Shown here piece by piece: positions 8,689-18,878 of a DNA stretch of 64,000 nt; the first letter of the stretch is position 1; each line of letters starts with the position of its first letter. The DNA is taken from contig QNYZ01000058.1 in the NCBI GenBank assembly GCA_003973265.1, positions 8,079-72,078 of the forward strand. The letters run 5' to 3'. Both the position numbers and the translations under genes were made by a program. Below the pieces are notes generated by a model. It ran no database searches, was not told the DNA's origin, and saw only the letters and a list, made by a program, of their open reading frames with translations. The DNA is from Deltaproteobacteria bacterium (GTDB taxonomy: Bacteria > Desulfobacterota > Desulfobacteria > Desulfobacterales > QNYZ01).

Positions 8689-9934
8689 CGGCCGCCGCCT
8701 CCTTTGCCAGCATGCTTTTTAATACAGCGTGCGCCTGATCAACGATTTTTCGCAAACGGGCCGGGTCGTCAATCTGCAGGACATCTTCGCCCTGTCGATA
8801 CTCAACCGGCAGTTTTTGTAAAAGTGTGGACAATTCCTGCCCCAGGTCAAGCAGGGCGTTGTCGTCGGCCTTGAGATCCGAAACCAGTTGTCCCAGCTCC
8901 CGCATGGGGCCGGTCTCTGCCGGGGTAGACATCGGCCGGGTTTTCACTTTTATCTTTTCAATCCACACCGTTTCTCCAAACCGGGCCAGTGCCGATGACC
9001 GGACGACCTGCTTCCAGTGCGCCGGGTTTCCGGTGATCTGTTCGTGGGCCTTTGTGGCGCCGGTGAAAATGATTCGGGTAATGACGGGAAGTGGTTCGTG
9101 CTGGCGGACGGCCGCGTCAAGGGTGTCTTCAAGACGCGCGAGGCATTCCGGTTCAGTGCTGGTACCGGTAAGGCTGACCGTCACCGCCTCCCAGCGGATG
9201 ACGTCCAGGGTGCGGTTTTCATGCGTGATGGATGCACTGTCATCCACAGTGACCAGAACACAACCCTTGATTCCGGATTCTCGAATATGGCGTCCCTGGA
9301 TACAGCCGGGGAATACGATGGGAGGGGTATCGCAGATGACTTCCGCCTGATGTACATGCCCGAGCGCCCAGTAATCGTATCCCCTGTTCTGCAGGTCTTC
9401 AATGGTGCAGGGTGCGTAGCTCTCGTGTCCCTCCCGGCCGGTAAGGCTGGTATGCAGTAATCCGATGTTCAGATATCCGGCCACCGGTTCCGGGTATCGA
9501 CGCGTCAGGTTGTCCTTGACAGCCGGTTTCAAAAAACTCTGTCCGTGGATGGCGACATTCAGATCATCTATGATAATCGTTTCGGGTTTCTTCGCGGAAA
9601 ACACGTGGGTATTATCCGGGTAGGGCAGCATTCTGGTGACCTGGCCGGCGGCATCATGATTACCGGAGACGATCAGCAGGCGAATACCGGCATCATCAAG
9701 GCGCCGAACCTGGCGGATAAAATAAAGCCCGGTGTTGTAGTCTTTCCAGTCGCCGTCAAAAAGATCCCCGGCGATCAGCACAAAGGCCACCGATTCACCC
9801 AGGGCCAGGTCAATGAGATTTTCAAATGCACGCCGGGAGGCCTGGCGAATCTCTTCTACGGGCATCCCTTCATAGGCCTCCAGCCGGCGAAGCGGGCTGT
9901 CCAGGTGAATATCAGCGGCGTGAATAAATTTCAT
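8675..9934 (-). CDS. SbcD/YhaO-like metallophosphoesterase (DNA repair exonuclease nuclease subunit)
   Basis: Calcineurin-like phosphoesterase motifs are present: FIHAADIHLDSP, LIAGDLFD, GNHD and GHVH. Confidence 0.85.
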   Translation of the reverse strand: MKFIHAADIHLDSPLRRLEAYEGMPVEEIRQASRRAFENLIDLALGESVAFVLIAGDLFDGDWKDYNTGLYFIRQVRRLDDAGIRLLIVSGNHDAAGQVTRMLPYPDNTHVFSAKKPETIIIDDLNVAIHGQSFLKPAVKDNLTRRYPEPVAGYLNIGLLHTSLTGREGHESYAPCTIEDLQNRGYDYWALGHVHQAEVICDTPPIVFPGCIQGRHIRESGIKGCVLVTVDDSASITHENRTLDVIRWEAVTVSLTGTSTEPECLARLEDTLDAAVRQHEPLPVITRIIFTGATKAHEQITGNPAHWKQVVRSSALARFGETVWIEKIKVKTRPMSTPAETGPMRELGQLVSDLKADDNALLDLGQELSTLLQKLPVEYRQGEDVLQIDDPARLRKIVDQAHAVLKSMLAKEAAADENP

Positions 9935-10803
9935 GGCGTTGTTTTTGTGTCCCCGCTAATTTCCGGCGCATTTTTCCTGAACCGGGCAAATTGTCTTGAA
10001 ACCGCAATGATCCGGCCGGATTCATCCCATAGCTCTCCGTCTTCCTCCAGAAGGCCGCAACTGATAAAATGGGTCCTGAATATACATTTAATACGGGATG
10101 TATCGGGAATATTGCGAATATTGACTGAAAATTCAAGGGTCGGCACCCAGGCCACCATGCCGTGGCTGGGCAATACCGCCGGGGGAAATGCATCGGCCAT
10201 CAACACGATAGAAAACACGTCCAGGGGACGAGCTGCTTCAAATTGTATCCATCCCTTTATTTCGGACGTTTTCGATAAATTCTGGCCGAGCATCCAGCCG
10301 GCACATGTCGGGTCCAGCCGGGTGTCCATATTATGAAAGATCGAGTAATTCGGCATTTTGGGGATGCGGATACATTCTTCAAAGGGCGCCATGGCAGGCG
10401 GTGACTTTTCTATCCGGTCCGCCGTGCAATCCGTTTTTTCCCCGGCAAACGTGCCGAACATGCGCACCTTTTCCTGCCCACCCTGGGACAACCTTCCCTC
10501 CAGGCGGTCAAAACCGGCCGATTGAATGATCGGTTCCACCTGGATGGTGGCATTGCCCGGTGCGGACCGGGAGATAAAATTGGCTGTTAATATCGGCGTT
10601 GATTTTTTTCGGCACCGGTGCCACATGGCACGGGTGATCATGGCCATGAGATACCCGCCATCGGGGATCCCGTTGACTGACCAGTTGTCGGAAACAACGG
10701 ATTTAAATTGAGAAGGCAGCTCTGAATCTGACGAAGCCGGATTCGGTGAATCCAGGTTGGAAAAAATCGGTGTAAGGGATATGTCCTGATCAAAAGGGTG
10801 CAT
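9931..10803 (-). CDS. Acyl-CoA thioesterase-like protein (double hot-dog, TesB/4HBT_3-like)
   Basis: 290 aa with NGIPDGGYLMAMITRAM, typical of the thioesterase-like superfamily. Its stop overlaps the sbcD-like start (TCAT at 9931-9934, i.e. ATGA on the coding strand). Confidence 0.55.
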   Translation of the reverse strand: MHPFDQDISLTPIFSNLDSPNPASSDSELPSQFKSVVSDNWSVNGIPDGGYLMAMITRAMWHRCRKKSTPILTANFISRSAPGNATIQVEPIIQSAGFDRLEGRLSQGGQEKVRMFGTFAGEKTDCTADRIEKSPPAMAPFEECIRIPKMPNYSIFHNMDTRLDPTCAGWMLGQNLSKTSEIKGWIQFEAARPLDVFSIVLMADAFPPAVLPSHGMVAWVPTLEFSVNIRNIPDTSRIKCIFRTHFISCGLLEEDGELWDESGRIIAVSRQFARFRKNAPEISGDTKTTP

Positions 10804-10862
10804 CTTGTCTCCATTTATGGGCGGCGCTGATCGTACCCGCCTGGCGATTTTTGCCGGGATGG

Positions 10863-11642
10863 TTACGAAGGCTGCGGCCTGACAAACCGCCAGTTGTCTG
10901 CATCTGAATCGCCGGTTGAAAACCGGTAGCCTGCCGTATCAAACTGTTTGATCTCCTCCGGGTTTTTGATACGGTTTTTTATCATAAAATGGGCCATCAT
11001 TCCCCGGGCGCGTTTGGCAAAAATGGCGATCACCCTGGATTTGCCGTTTTTGATCTCTTTGAAATGAAGGGTGAGCAGACGGCCGGTGAGCTTTTTGGGT
11101 TTAATGGCCTTGAAATATTCCGTGGATGCCAGATTGACGAGGACCGGCGTTTCCTCCAATGCGGCCATGGCCGCGTTCAGGCTTTGGGTAATCCGCTCGC
11201 CCCAGAAATCGTAAAGATTGTCACCGGCAGTGGTTTTCAGCCGGGTTTTCATCTCCAGGCGGTAGGGTTGGATCAGGTCGAGTGGCCGCAACGTTCCGTA
11301 CAGACCGGACAGGATACGCAGGTGATCCTGGGCATAGGCCAGGTCCTTTCTGGAATACGAATCCGCCGGGATTCGGCTGTAGACATCTCCCTTAAAAGCA
11401 AACAGTGCCTGCCTGGCATTTTCCGGCGTGAATGGAACGGAAAAAGCACGATAGCGCTTCACGTTAAGGTCGGCGATTTTGTCGCTGATATCCATCAACT
11501 GCCGCAGGTCCGGCTGGGTCAATTTTTTTAATTCACCGATCAGGCGGACCGACTGTTCGAGGTGGTCCGGGATGGTGTGGGCGAAGGGCGGCGCCGGATG
11601 GTCAAATTCCTGTCCTTTGGAGGGTGAAAGTACCATGAGCAT
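10863..11642 (-). CDS. yaaA: Peroxide stress protein YaaA (UPF0246/DUF328)
   Basis: Start re-assigned to MLMVLSPSKGQEF (ATG 11642), matching the canonical YaaA N-terminus (MLxxxSPxK). Length is 259 aa. Confidence 0.8.
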   Translation of the reverse strand: MLMVLSPSKGQEFDHPAPPFAHTIPDHLEQSVRLIGELKKLTQPDLRQLMDISDKIADLNVKRYRAFSVPFTPENARQALFAFKGDVYSRIPADSYSRKDLAYAQDHLRILSGLYGTLRPLDLIQPYRLEMKTRLKTTAGDNLYDFWGERITQSLNAAMAALEETPVLVNLASTEYFKAIKPKKLTGRLLTLHFKEIKNGKSRVIAIFAKRARGMMAHFMIKNRIKNPEEIKQFDTAGYRFSTGDSDADNWRFVRPQPS

Positions 11643-11716
11643 GGGCGGAAGTCTCCTTTTTATCTGCCGGCCGTTTTCGAATTGAAGGTGTGAGCGTTGT
11701 ACGGTATCAACATATA

Positions 11717-13345
11717 TCACGGGCTTCCTTTTCGAAAGGTGGCGATTATTTTTAACGTCAGGGGCAAAAGGCTCCGGCGATTAGTGGCCGACACGCAGAT
11801 GCCGCCAATGGTGCGGGCGTAGTGATTGGCCCTGTCCGGGCTGATCCGGTCGACTTTGTTGAGCACCCGGATTTCCGGCTTGGTATCAAGAGAGAGATCA
11901 GACAGTATTTTATTGACCGCCTCGATGCGTTCCTCGCACCGGGGTGCGCTGATATCAATCACGTGCAACAGCAGGTCGGCACTTTCCAGCTCTTCCAGGG
12001 TGGCCTGGAAAGCCACCATCAGCTCTTTGGGAAGATCCCGGATAAACCCGACCGTGTCGGTGATGATCACTTCCATGTCCTGGGGAAACCGGAGCCTGCG
12101 GCTGGACGGGTCGAGCGTGGCAAACAGCCGTTTTTCGGCGACCACATGGCTCTGGGTCAGGGTATTTAACAAAGTCGATTTCCCGGCATTGGTATACCCG
12201 ATAATGGAGATGATGGGGAGTTGATTTCGTCGTCGTCGAATGCGTTGCTGCTGCCGGTGTTTACGCACGTTATCCAGTGCTTTTTCCAGGGCCCGGATAC
12301 GCTGGCGGACCCTGCGCCGGTTGATTTCCAGCTTGGTCTCGCCGGGGCCGCGACCGCCGATACCGCCGGTCAGCCGGGACATGGCGGTGTTTTTGGTAAC
12401 CAGGCGCGGCAGCATATATTTAAGTTGAGCCAGTTCTACCTGGAGTTTTCCCTCCCTGGTCCGGGCGCGCTGGGCAAAAATATCCAGGATCAGCTGGGTA
12501 CGGTCAATCACTTTCAGTTCGATCAGGTCGGCGATGGATCGTATCTGGGAAGGGCTCAGTTCCTGGTCGAAAATGATGAGAGAGGTGCCTTCCTGGAGCG
12601 CCCGGATGGCCAGATCAAACAGTTTCCCGCGACCGAGAAGGAAGCGGGGATCGACTTTTTTCCGGAGCTGCAATACCGTGTCAATCACCTCGATACCATT
12701 GGATCTGGCCAGTTCCACAAGCTCTGTCATGGCGTTTTGGGCGATACGCCGCGGGGCGGTGGAAACGCTGACCAGAAGCGCCGTTTCCTTTCCGGAGCCC
12801 GTATCCCGGCCGGCCTGGCAGGTGGCCATTTCCGCTTCAATGGCCAGGATAAAATCATTACAACCGATATCCAGATCATGCGGCGGCAGGGGATCAAGGT
12901 GCTGGTACGACTGGCTTTTTCTGCCGGGTAGAATATGGGCGGCGAAAACACGTGCCGGGGTGCCGTCCGGCATCACATCAATGGCGGCCATGAGGTCCAG
13001 TCTCAGGAGGGCCAGGTCGGTCAGATCGTCCGTTGTGAGTGATTTCCCGTCCAGGTGGGTGTGAATACACCGAAGTCCCTTGAGCCGGTCCGGGGCCGTT
13101 CGGTATTCGCTGATGTCCGGAATGACGATCCGCCGCCGGGAGCCCACAATGACAATTTCAATTTTTCCCCGGCGGGTAATCATCACGCCGATCTGTCGCC
13201 GGATTTCCCTGGAAATCCGGCTCAATTCCTTGACCAGCAGGGGGCTGGCAATCTGGCGCGGAGGGACTTTGCGGCGATAAAGGTTTTCAATCCGGCGGAT
13301 CTGGCCGGTTTTCAGGCCGCTCATACGGCCAAACACTTTTTTCAT
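11717..13345 (-). CDS. hflX: GTPase HflX
   Basis: HflX N-terminal domain followed by a G domain, with G1 GYTNAGKSTLLN and G3 DTVGF. Confidence 0.9.
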   Translation of the reverse strand: MKKVFGRMSGLKTGQIRRIENLYRRKVPPRQIASPLLVKELSRISREIRRQIGVMITRRGKIEIVIVGSRRRIVIPDISEYRTAPDRLKGLRCIHTHLDGKSLTTDDLTDLALLRLDLMAAIDVMPDGTPARVFAAHILPGRKSQSYQHLDPLPPHDLDIGCNDFILAIEAEMATCQAGRDTGSGKETALLVSVSTAPRRIAQNAMTELVELARSNGIEVIDTVLQLRKKVDPRFLLGRGKLFDLAIRALQEGTSLIIFDQELSPSQIRSIADLIELKVIDRTQLILDIFAQRARTREGKLQVELAQLKYMLPRLVTKNTAMSRLTGGIGGRGPGETKLEINRRRVRQRIRALEKALDNVRKHRQQQRIRRRRNQLPIISIIGYTNAGKSTLLNTLTQSHVVAEKRLFATLDPSSRRLRFPQDMEVIITDTVGFIRDLPKELMVAFQATLEELESADLLLHVIDISAPRCEERIEAVNKILSDLSLDTKPEIRVLNKVDRISPDRANHYARTIGGICVSATNRRSLLPLTLKIIATFRKGSP

Positions 13346-13365
13346 CAGCAGTCTTCCCGGTGGCC

Positions 13366-14745
13366 CTAGTCGGGCTGCCCGGCGGGGTAATGAGACTCCG
13401 CCGATTCCTCAAAGCGGGTATAGGCGTGTAAAAAGGTCAGCGGCACCTTGCCGACGGGGCCGTTCCGCTGTTTGGCGATGATGAGCTCGGCTTTCCCTTT
13501 ATTGTCCTCTTCATCCTGATGGTACACTTCGTCCCGGTAGATAAAGACAACCACGTCCGCATCCTGTTCAAGGGCACCCGATTCTCTCAGGTCGGACAAC
13601 TGGGGCCGCTTGTCATGGCGTTCTTCCAGCTTTCGATTCAGCTGGGAGAGGGCGATGACCGGAACGTTGATTTCTTTGGCCAGAATTTTTAGCGATCGGG
13701 ATATTTCCGAAATCTCCAGGTCCCGCCGTTCGGACTGGCCGCGGGTCCGCATCAGCTGAAGATAATCAATGATGACTATCCCCAGGCCCTTGTCCATTTT
13801 GAGCCGGCGCGCCTTGGCGCGAATTTCCATGACGGAAAGATCGGGGGAGTCGTCGATAAAAATCGGGGCCGGCGTCAGTATACTGGCCGCATCTGTCAGA
13901 GATTTCCAGTCATCCGGACTGGAAAACCCACTGCGCAGTTTAAAAGAATCGACCCGCGCCTCGGAACAGAGCATCCGCATGGAAAGCTGTTCGATGGACA
14001 TTTCCAGAGAAAAGAACGCTACCGGGACATTGGCATCCACGGCGGCATTCCGGGCCATGTTCAGGGCCAGGGCTGTTTTCCCCATACTGGGACGGGCGGC
14101 CAGAATAATCAGGTCCGATCCCTGTAAACCGGAGGTCATGTTGTCAAATAAACTGTATCCGGTCGGAACCCCGGTGATCAGTGATTTGTCTTCTCTTCGT
14201 TTCTCCAGGGTATCAAAATTCTGCTCGAGAACTTTTCCCAGTGTCCGGAAAGCGGGGCGGGCCTGGTCCCCGGCAATTTCGAAGATGGCCGATTCGGCAA
14301 AATCAACAATTTCATCCACCGGCCCCGGGTCTTCATAGCAGCGCCTGCTGATGGCATTGGCCTTGGTGATCAATCGCCGAAGCCGGGCCTTGTCGTGGAC
14401 GATTCTGGCATAGTAGTGAACATTCGGTGCTGCGGGTACCGTATCGATAATCGACGCCAGATAGGCGGCGCCGCCGATCTCTTCCAATTGGCCGGCGTTT
14501 CGCAATGCATTGGTGACGGTAACCAGATCGATGGGGTCGTTTTTATCAAAAAGGTTTTCGATGATTTCGAAAATTATCCGGTGGGCCCTGCGATAAAAAT
14601 CCCCGGGAGAAAGGGTATCAATAATTTCTAAAAACGTGTCGCTGTCGAGCAATATCGCACTGATCAGAGACTCTTCCGCCTCCAGGCTCTGGGGGGGGAG
14701 ATGGTGCAGCGCAGGATCATTTTTGGTGTTGGCTTTTGGCGGCAT
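13366..14745 (-). CDS. dnaB: Replicative DNA helicase DnaB
   Basis: PPQSLEAEESLISAILLD N-terminus, Walker A ARPSMGKTALALN, and the IIDYLQLM and SQLNR motifs. Confidence 0.95.
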   Translation of the reverse strand: MPPKANTKNDPALHHLPPQSLEAEESLISAILLDSDTFLEIIDTLSPGDFYRRAHRIIFEIIENLFDKNDPIDLVTVTNALRNAGQLEEIGGAAYLASIIDTVPAAPNVHYYARIVHDKARLRRLITKANAISRRCYEDPGPVDEIVDFAESAIFEIAGDQARPAFRTLGKVLEQNFDTLEKRREDKSLITGVPTGYSLFDNMTSGLQGSDLIILAARPSMGKTALALNMARNAAVDANVPVAFFSLEMSIEQLSMRMLCSEARVDSFKLRSGFSSPDDWKSLTDAASILTPAPIFIDDSPDLSVMEIRAKARRLKMDKGLGIVIIDYLQLMRTRGQSERRDLEISEISRSLKILAKEINVPVIALSQLNRKLEERHDKRPQLSDLRESGALEQDADVVVFIYRDEVYHQDEEDNKGKAELIIAKQRNGPVGKVPLTFLHAYTRFEESAESHYPAGQPD

Positions 14746-14959
14746 AAGAGATTTTTTTACGCTGAATGGTTCAGTGGTTGTTTAAAGCAACACGGTATTG
14801 AGTTGCGGGCCGACTGGTTCTTTTGCCTGATATAAAAAATGTCAACCCAGCGCCATGATCCGAGGATGACAAGCCGGTTCTCATATTTTTCCGGTCATCG
14901 CGCCGCAATAATGACGACGCGGTGACCTCATGAATATGCGGGCAAACCCGTCCGCAATT

Positions 14960-15409
14960 CTATTCTTCTTCGGGTACGATCTCAACGGTAATTTCAGGCT
15001 CAACTTCCGTGTAGACCCGGATGGGCACTTTAAAACTGCCCACTTCCTTGATGGGGGCCTTCAGAAGTACCATCCGCTTTTCGACCTTGATATCCTGTTT
15101 GTCGAGGGTGTTGATGATATCCCGAATGGTAATCGATCCGTAGAGCTTGTTCTCGGTACTGACCTTTGCGGATATCTTGCAGACCACGTCTTTTAACTGC
15201 TCGGCCATTTCTTCAGCCAGTTTTCGTTCCTTGGCAATCTGCAGGTCAATCTTCTTCCTCTGGTCCTTCATTTTCCTGCGATTTTGCGGTGTCGCCGCCA
15301 TTGCTTTGCCCTGGGGCAATAAATAATTCCGGGCATACCCGTTGGCAACGTCCACTTCACTGCCGATAATGCCAAGGGATTCAATCGTTTCGTTTAAAAT
15401 AACTTTCAT
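14960..15409 (-). CDS. rplI: 50S ribosomal protein L9
   Basis: Start MKVILNETIESLG at ATG 15409 with GGAGG 5 nt upstream. It contains GYARNYLLPQGKA. Length is 149 aa. Confidence 0.9.
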   Translation of the reverse strand: MKVILNETIESLGIIGSEVDVANGYARNYLLPQGKAMAATPQNRRKMKDQRKKIDLQIAKERKLAEEMAEQLKDVVCKISAKVSTENKLYGSITIRDIINTLDKQDIKVEKRMVLLKAPIKEVGSFKVPIRVYTEVEPEITVEIVPEEE

Positions 15410-15551
15410 ATTATCCTCCCAGTTTAACATATTCTTGTAATGGTTCGATATCTGGATCGGTTTTACCTTTTCCGGTTTTCCGCGACCGATGAAACAGATA
15501 ACAATGATAAATTATCCATCGGGTCGATAACCGGTACCGAGTCAGAAAAAA

Positions 15552-16499
15552 TTATTCGGTTTTCTTATCCAGCCTTCTGAAATCGAGCCAGACATCAAAA
15601 AGACCCAGGCCGATTACCACAAACAATAACAATTGCTGCACGACAATCAGCCCGTAAAATAATATTTTGGCTGCCTTTGAAAAATTCTTTTTATTAAAAT
15701 AAAAGGAAACAATGGCGATTCCCTGGAAGAAATAGATCGTAACGAGTACGATCAAGCCATTGAGTCCGATCATGTGAAGGGTTCCGGATGGAATCAGGAG
15801 CATCCCTCCGCATGCGATGAGCAGCCATATCAGCAATTCCGGTGCCCGCCACTGATTCAACGGGCCTGTCGCCGGAAAAGGCAGGTGCCCGAAAAGAAAC
15901 AGGGGCCTGGCCGCGATCAGGTTCGCCCAGATAACCAGCAGGGTCGTGGCGCTGACCAGGGCCGGTGTGATCCGGACGAGGATATAGTGAATCTGGTCCA
16001 GCGACTCGGTCAGCATCCTGATCGTGTCCTCCGACATCCCCGCACTTTTGTAAAGGGCCATGGTCAGCTCGAGGTTCTGCGTCACGTAAGCAGATACAAT
16101 CGATCCGATTCCCCGGCCCAATGTAAAACTGTAAAAGATCAACCCGGCCGTACCCGAAGCCAGGACCAGCAGGCAGGTCATTCCAACCATTATTTCAACC
16201 GGCATCTTTTTTTCGGAAAACCGGCTCAGCAATATCCCGATAAAGAGCAGTTCGGAAAAGAAAATCAGGTCAACGCCCGGCCGGCCGATGATGATATACA
16301 TCACCACGGCCGCGATAGCCGTGACCGTCAATCCCCGCCTGGGACCCAGCTTTTGATGATAGAACCAGATCGGCAACGGGATAAACAGCGCAAAGAAGAA
16401 TCCGATGATCGGCAGGTAAACGGCCATGCCGAATAATGCCAGAACCAGGGCAACGCCACCGGCAATACGCTTTACCTCTGCGTTGGTTATGTCAGACAT
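15552..16499 (-). CDS. DUF2232 (YybS-like) polytopic membrane protein
   Basis: Start re-assigned to ATG 16499, with AGGAG upstream. It is a multi-pass membrane protein. Its position between rpsR and rplI is the conserved location of YybS/DUF2232 genes. Confidence 0.6.
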   Translation of the reverse strand: MSDITNAEVKRIAGGVALVLALFGMAVYLPIIGFFFALFIPLPIWFYHQKLGPRRGLTVTAIAAVVMYIIIGRPGVDLIFFSELLFIGILLSRFSEKKMPVEIMVGMTCLLVLASGTAGLIFYSFTLGRGIGSIVSAYVTQNLELTMALYKSAGMSEDTIRMLTESLDQIHYILVRITPALVSATTLLVIWANLIAARPLFLFGHLPFPATGPLNQWRAPELLIWLLIACGGMLLIPSGTLHMIGLNGLIVLVTIYFFQGIAIVSFYFNKKNFSKAAKILFYGLIVVQQLLLFVVIGLGLFDVWLDFRRLDKKTE

Positions 16500-16781
16500 T
16501 CCCCGGTTCTCCTGAAGGACCGCTTCGCTGGGTATTATCCATTTGCCGCGTCGTTTGCATATCGCCGGATGGCACCATTCGGACGGGATGTGTCGGCGGC
16601 AGGGTTGACGACGCATAAAAAGTAATGTGGATGGTTCCTGCGGACATGCCCATGACATGAAAAACGTATATCTGTCCGTCAGGACGCCGCGGCTTTTCAT
16701 AAGGGTGAGGCCGGTTGTTCGCCGGATACCTGGAAAGCCGGGATAACGCCATTCACGTAACTTTTTACGACATGATCAAAA

Positions 16782-17051
16782 TTATTTGCCCCGATATTTT
16801 CCCACATACGGTAACAGGGCGATGGACCGGGCGCGTTTAATGGCACGGGTCAACTGCCGCTGGTGGGTTGCACACGTGCCGGAAATCCGTCGGGGGATAA
16901 TCCTGCCGCGTTCGGTGATGTAGTATTTTAGCTGGCCCGGATCTTTATAGTCGATGGTCAGCTTGGTGTCCGCACAAAAACGGCAGACCTTTCGTCGATA
17001 AAATCTTCTTTTCTTGAATGTTGGTTTTCGTCTTGGGGAAATCGGGGGCAT
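16782..17051 (-). CDS. rpsR: 30S ribosomal protein S18
   Basis: CRFC...IDYKD...[42 protein letters not shown]. Confidence 0.95.
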   Translation of the reverse strand: MPPISPRRKPTFKKRRFYRRKVCRFCADTKLTIDYKDPGQLKYYITERGRIIPRRISGTCATHQRQLTRAIKRARSIALLPYVGKYRGK

Positions 17052-17053
17052 GG

Positions 17054-17644
17054 CTACTCCTTTTCATTGCTGTCAGGGTCATCGGCAGATGTGTCGGTCG
17101 TCTCTTTTTCGTCGGGAACTGCTGTCTCGGATTCGGGTGAATCCGCTGCCGCAGGTCTCTTTGAATCTTCGGCATCTTTCGGCGTTTCGCTTTCCGGTGA
17201 CGTATCATCGGTTAACGTGGCATCTTTTTTCGCACCTTCAGCCTTTTCAGCTGCGGCCTGTTCCGCGGCAGCCAATGCTTCTGCCCGTGCCGTGGCGGCT
17301 TTTTCTTCCTGTTCGGCGATCTCGGCAATTTCAGCCTCGATAGCCGCCATGTCAACTTCCCTGTCAAGGAGAACCGTCATAAACTTTAAAAACGAATCAT
17401 TGATCTTGAATCGTCTTTCCATTTCATCCACCAGCTCGATGGTTCCGCAATAATCAAGACGGACAAAATGTCCCCGGGGCTTTTTTCTGATTTTATAGGC
17501 CAGTTGCCGATTGCCCCACTCGTCAAACTTGATTAACTGGCCGCTGAACTGGTCGATCTGATCCCTGACCTGTTCAAACAGCGTCGCACGCGCCTCTTTC
17601 CCCAAGTCCGGATCGATAATGATAATCGTTTCGTACCGTCGCAT
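17054..17644 (-). CDS. rpsF: 30S ribosomal protein S6 with a roughly 100-aa acidic low-complexity C-terminal extension
   Basis: N-terminus [14 protein letters not shown] and the S6 core, followed by an Ala/Glu/Asp/Ser/Thr-rich tail ending in NEKE. It sits directly upstream of rpsR with a 2-nt gap. Confidence 0.9.
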   Translation of the reverse strand: MRRYETIIIIDPDLGKEARATLFEQVRDQIDQFSGQLIKFDEWGNRQLAYKIRKKPRGHFVRLDYCGTIELVDEMERRFKINDSFLKFMTVLLDREVDMAAIEAEIAEIAEQEEKAATARAEALAAAEQAAAEKAEGAKKDATLTDDTSPESETPKDAEDSKRPAAADSPESETAVPDEKETTDTSADDPDSNEKE

Positions 17645-17890
17645 TGAACCTCCTCTTGGATATTAAGCCCCGCAGGCAAACTGCTGGAGCAAGGATAAAT
17701 AATCGGGTACTTAATCTATAATACCCACAAACCATAAAAAATAATACCATTATACCCCGGTTGTCAAGATATTTTGGGGATTCATTGTCGTGTCGATTAC
17801 CAGGTGATTGGCGCTTCCTAATTCTTTATATGCCCGGTTTATGTCCGGAAAGCCGGAAACCGGTATTTGACCCGGTGGCCATGTGCATCT

Positions 17891-18787
17891 TTAGGCACGC
17901 GGATGATACCGCCGGTGAATCTCGATCAGGTGGTCGCGGGCAACATGGGTGTAAATCTGGGTGGTGGAGATATCGGTGTGGCCCAGCATGACCTGAACCG
18001 AACGAAGATCTGCGCCGCCTTCGAGCAGATGGGTGGCAAAGCTGTGGCGCAGGCTGTGCGGGGTCACTTTCTTGATTAACCCGCAGTGGCGGGCGTACCG
18101 TTTCATCAATTTCCAGAAACCCTGGCGGGTCATCGGGTTTCCGGCCCGGGCAATAAAAAGAAATTCACTGGTATATGACTTTAACAACAAAGGGCGGGCG
18201 GCGGACATATACAGGCTGATCTTTTCATTGGCATGGTTTCCGATGGGAACGATGCGTTCTTTGGCCCCCTTGCCGAGGACACGCACAAACCCCGCTTCCA
18301 GGTTAACGCTGGTCAGCTTGAGATGGATTAATTCGGAAACCCTCAAGCCGGCGGCATAAAGGGTTTCCAGCATGGCGGCATTTCGTAAACCGGCAGGGCT
18401 TTTTATCTCCGGTGCGTTCAACAGCCGGTGGACTTCGTTTACGGTAAGAACATCGGGTAATTTCAGCGTGGTTTTCGGTAGATCAACCGTCTGGGTCGGG
18501 TCGATATCAATTTCTTTTATCTGAATAAGATACTTGAAAAATCCCCGCAGCGAGACCAGATGGCGGGCCCGTGATCTGGCTGACAGGCCCTGCTTTCTCA
18601 GGTGAATGATGTATTTTAAAATAATCGTGGTGTCGATTGTTTCAACGCGATCTTTTTTTCGGGGACCGAGATAGGCCATAAACCGGGCCAGATCCCGGGA
18701 GTACGACGCAATTGTATTCCTGGACAGCCCTTTTTCAGTTACCAGGTAATTCAGGTACTGGTCAAAAAATGTATCGGCAGGGGACAT
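17891..18787 (-). CDS. xerD: Site-specific tyrosine recombinase XerD
   Basis: N-terminal SAM-like domain (YLVTEKGLSRNTIASYSRDLARF). The catalytic residues appear in ARPLLL..., HSLRHSFATHLLEGGADLRSVQVMLGH and IYTHV. Confidence 0.8.
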   Translation of the reverse strand: MSPADTFFDQYLNYLVTEKGLSRNTIASYSRDLARFMAYLGPRKKDRVETIDTTIILKYIIHLRKQGLSARSRARHLVSLRGFFKYLIQIKEIDIDPTQTVDLPKTTLKLPDVLTVNEVHRLLNAPEIKSPAGLRNAAMLETLYAAGLRVSELIHLKLTSVNLEAGFVRVLGKGAKERIVPIGNHANEKISLYMSAARPLLLKSYTSEFLFIARAGNPMTRQGFWKLMKRYARHCGLIKKVTPHSLRHSFATHLLEGGADLRSVQVMLGHTDISTTQIYTHVARDHLIEIHRRYHPRA

Positions 18788-18878
18788 GGTTTAATGGACG
18801 ATTGAAAATGATTGATGCGGGCCTTTATATGCAGGTAGATCAAAAGCCCGTTCGGATTTTAATGCTGCCTGATTATTA

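Noticed and set aside
5170-9934. SbcC/SbcD-like pair as an anti-phage defence system (Lamassu/Wadjet/Gabija-like)
   Set aside because: The two-gene architecture, with a metallophosphoesterase and a long coiled-coil Rad50-like ATPase, fits housekeeping SbcCD/YhaNO. The neighbours are core genes, and no extra effector or mobile-element signs are present.
17645-17760. rpsF (S6:S18) autoregulatory leader RNA and promoter
   Set aside because: The position is right for the known rpsF leader motif. However, I could not fold a convincing conserved structure or a properly spaced -35/-10 pair by eye.
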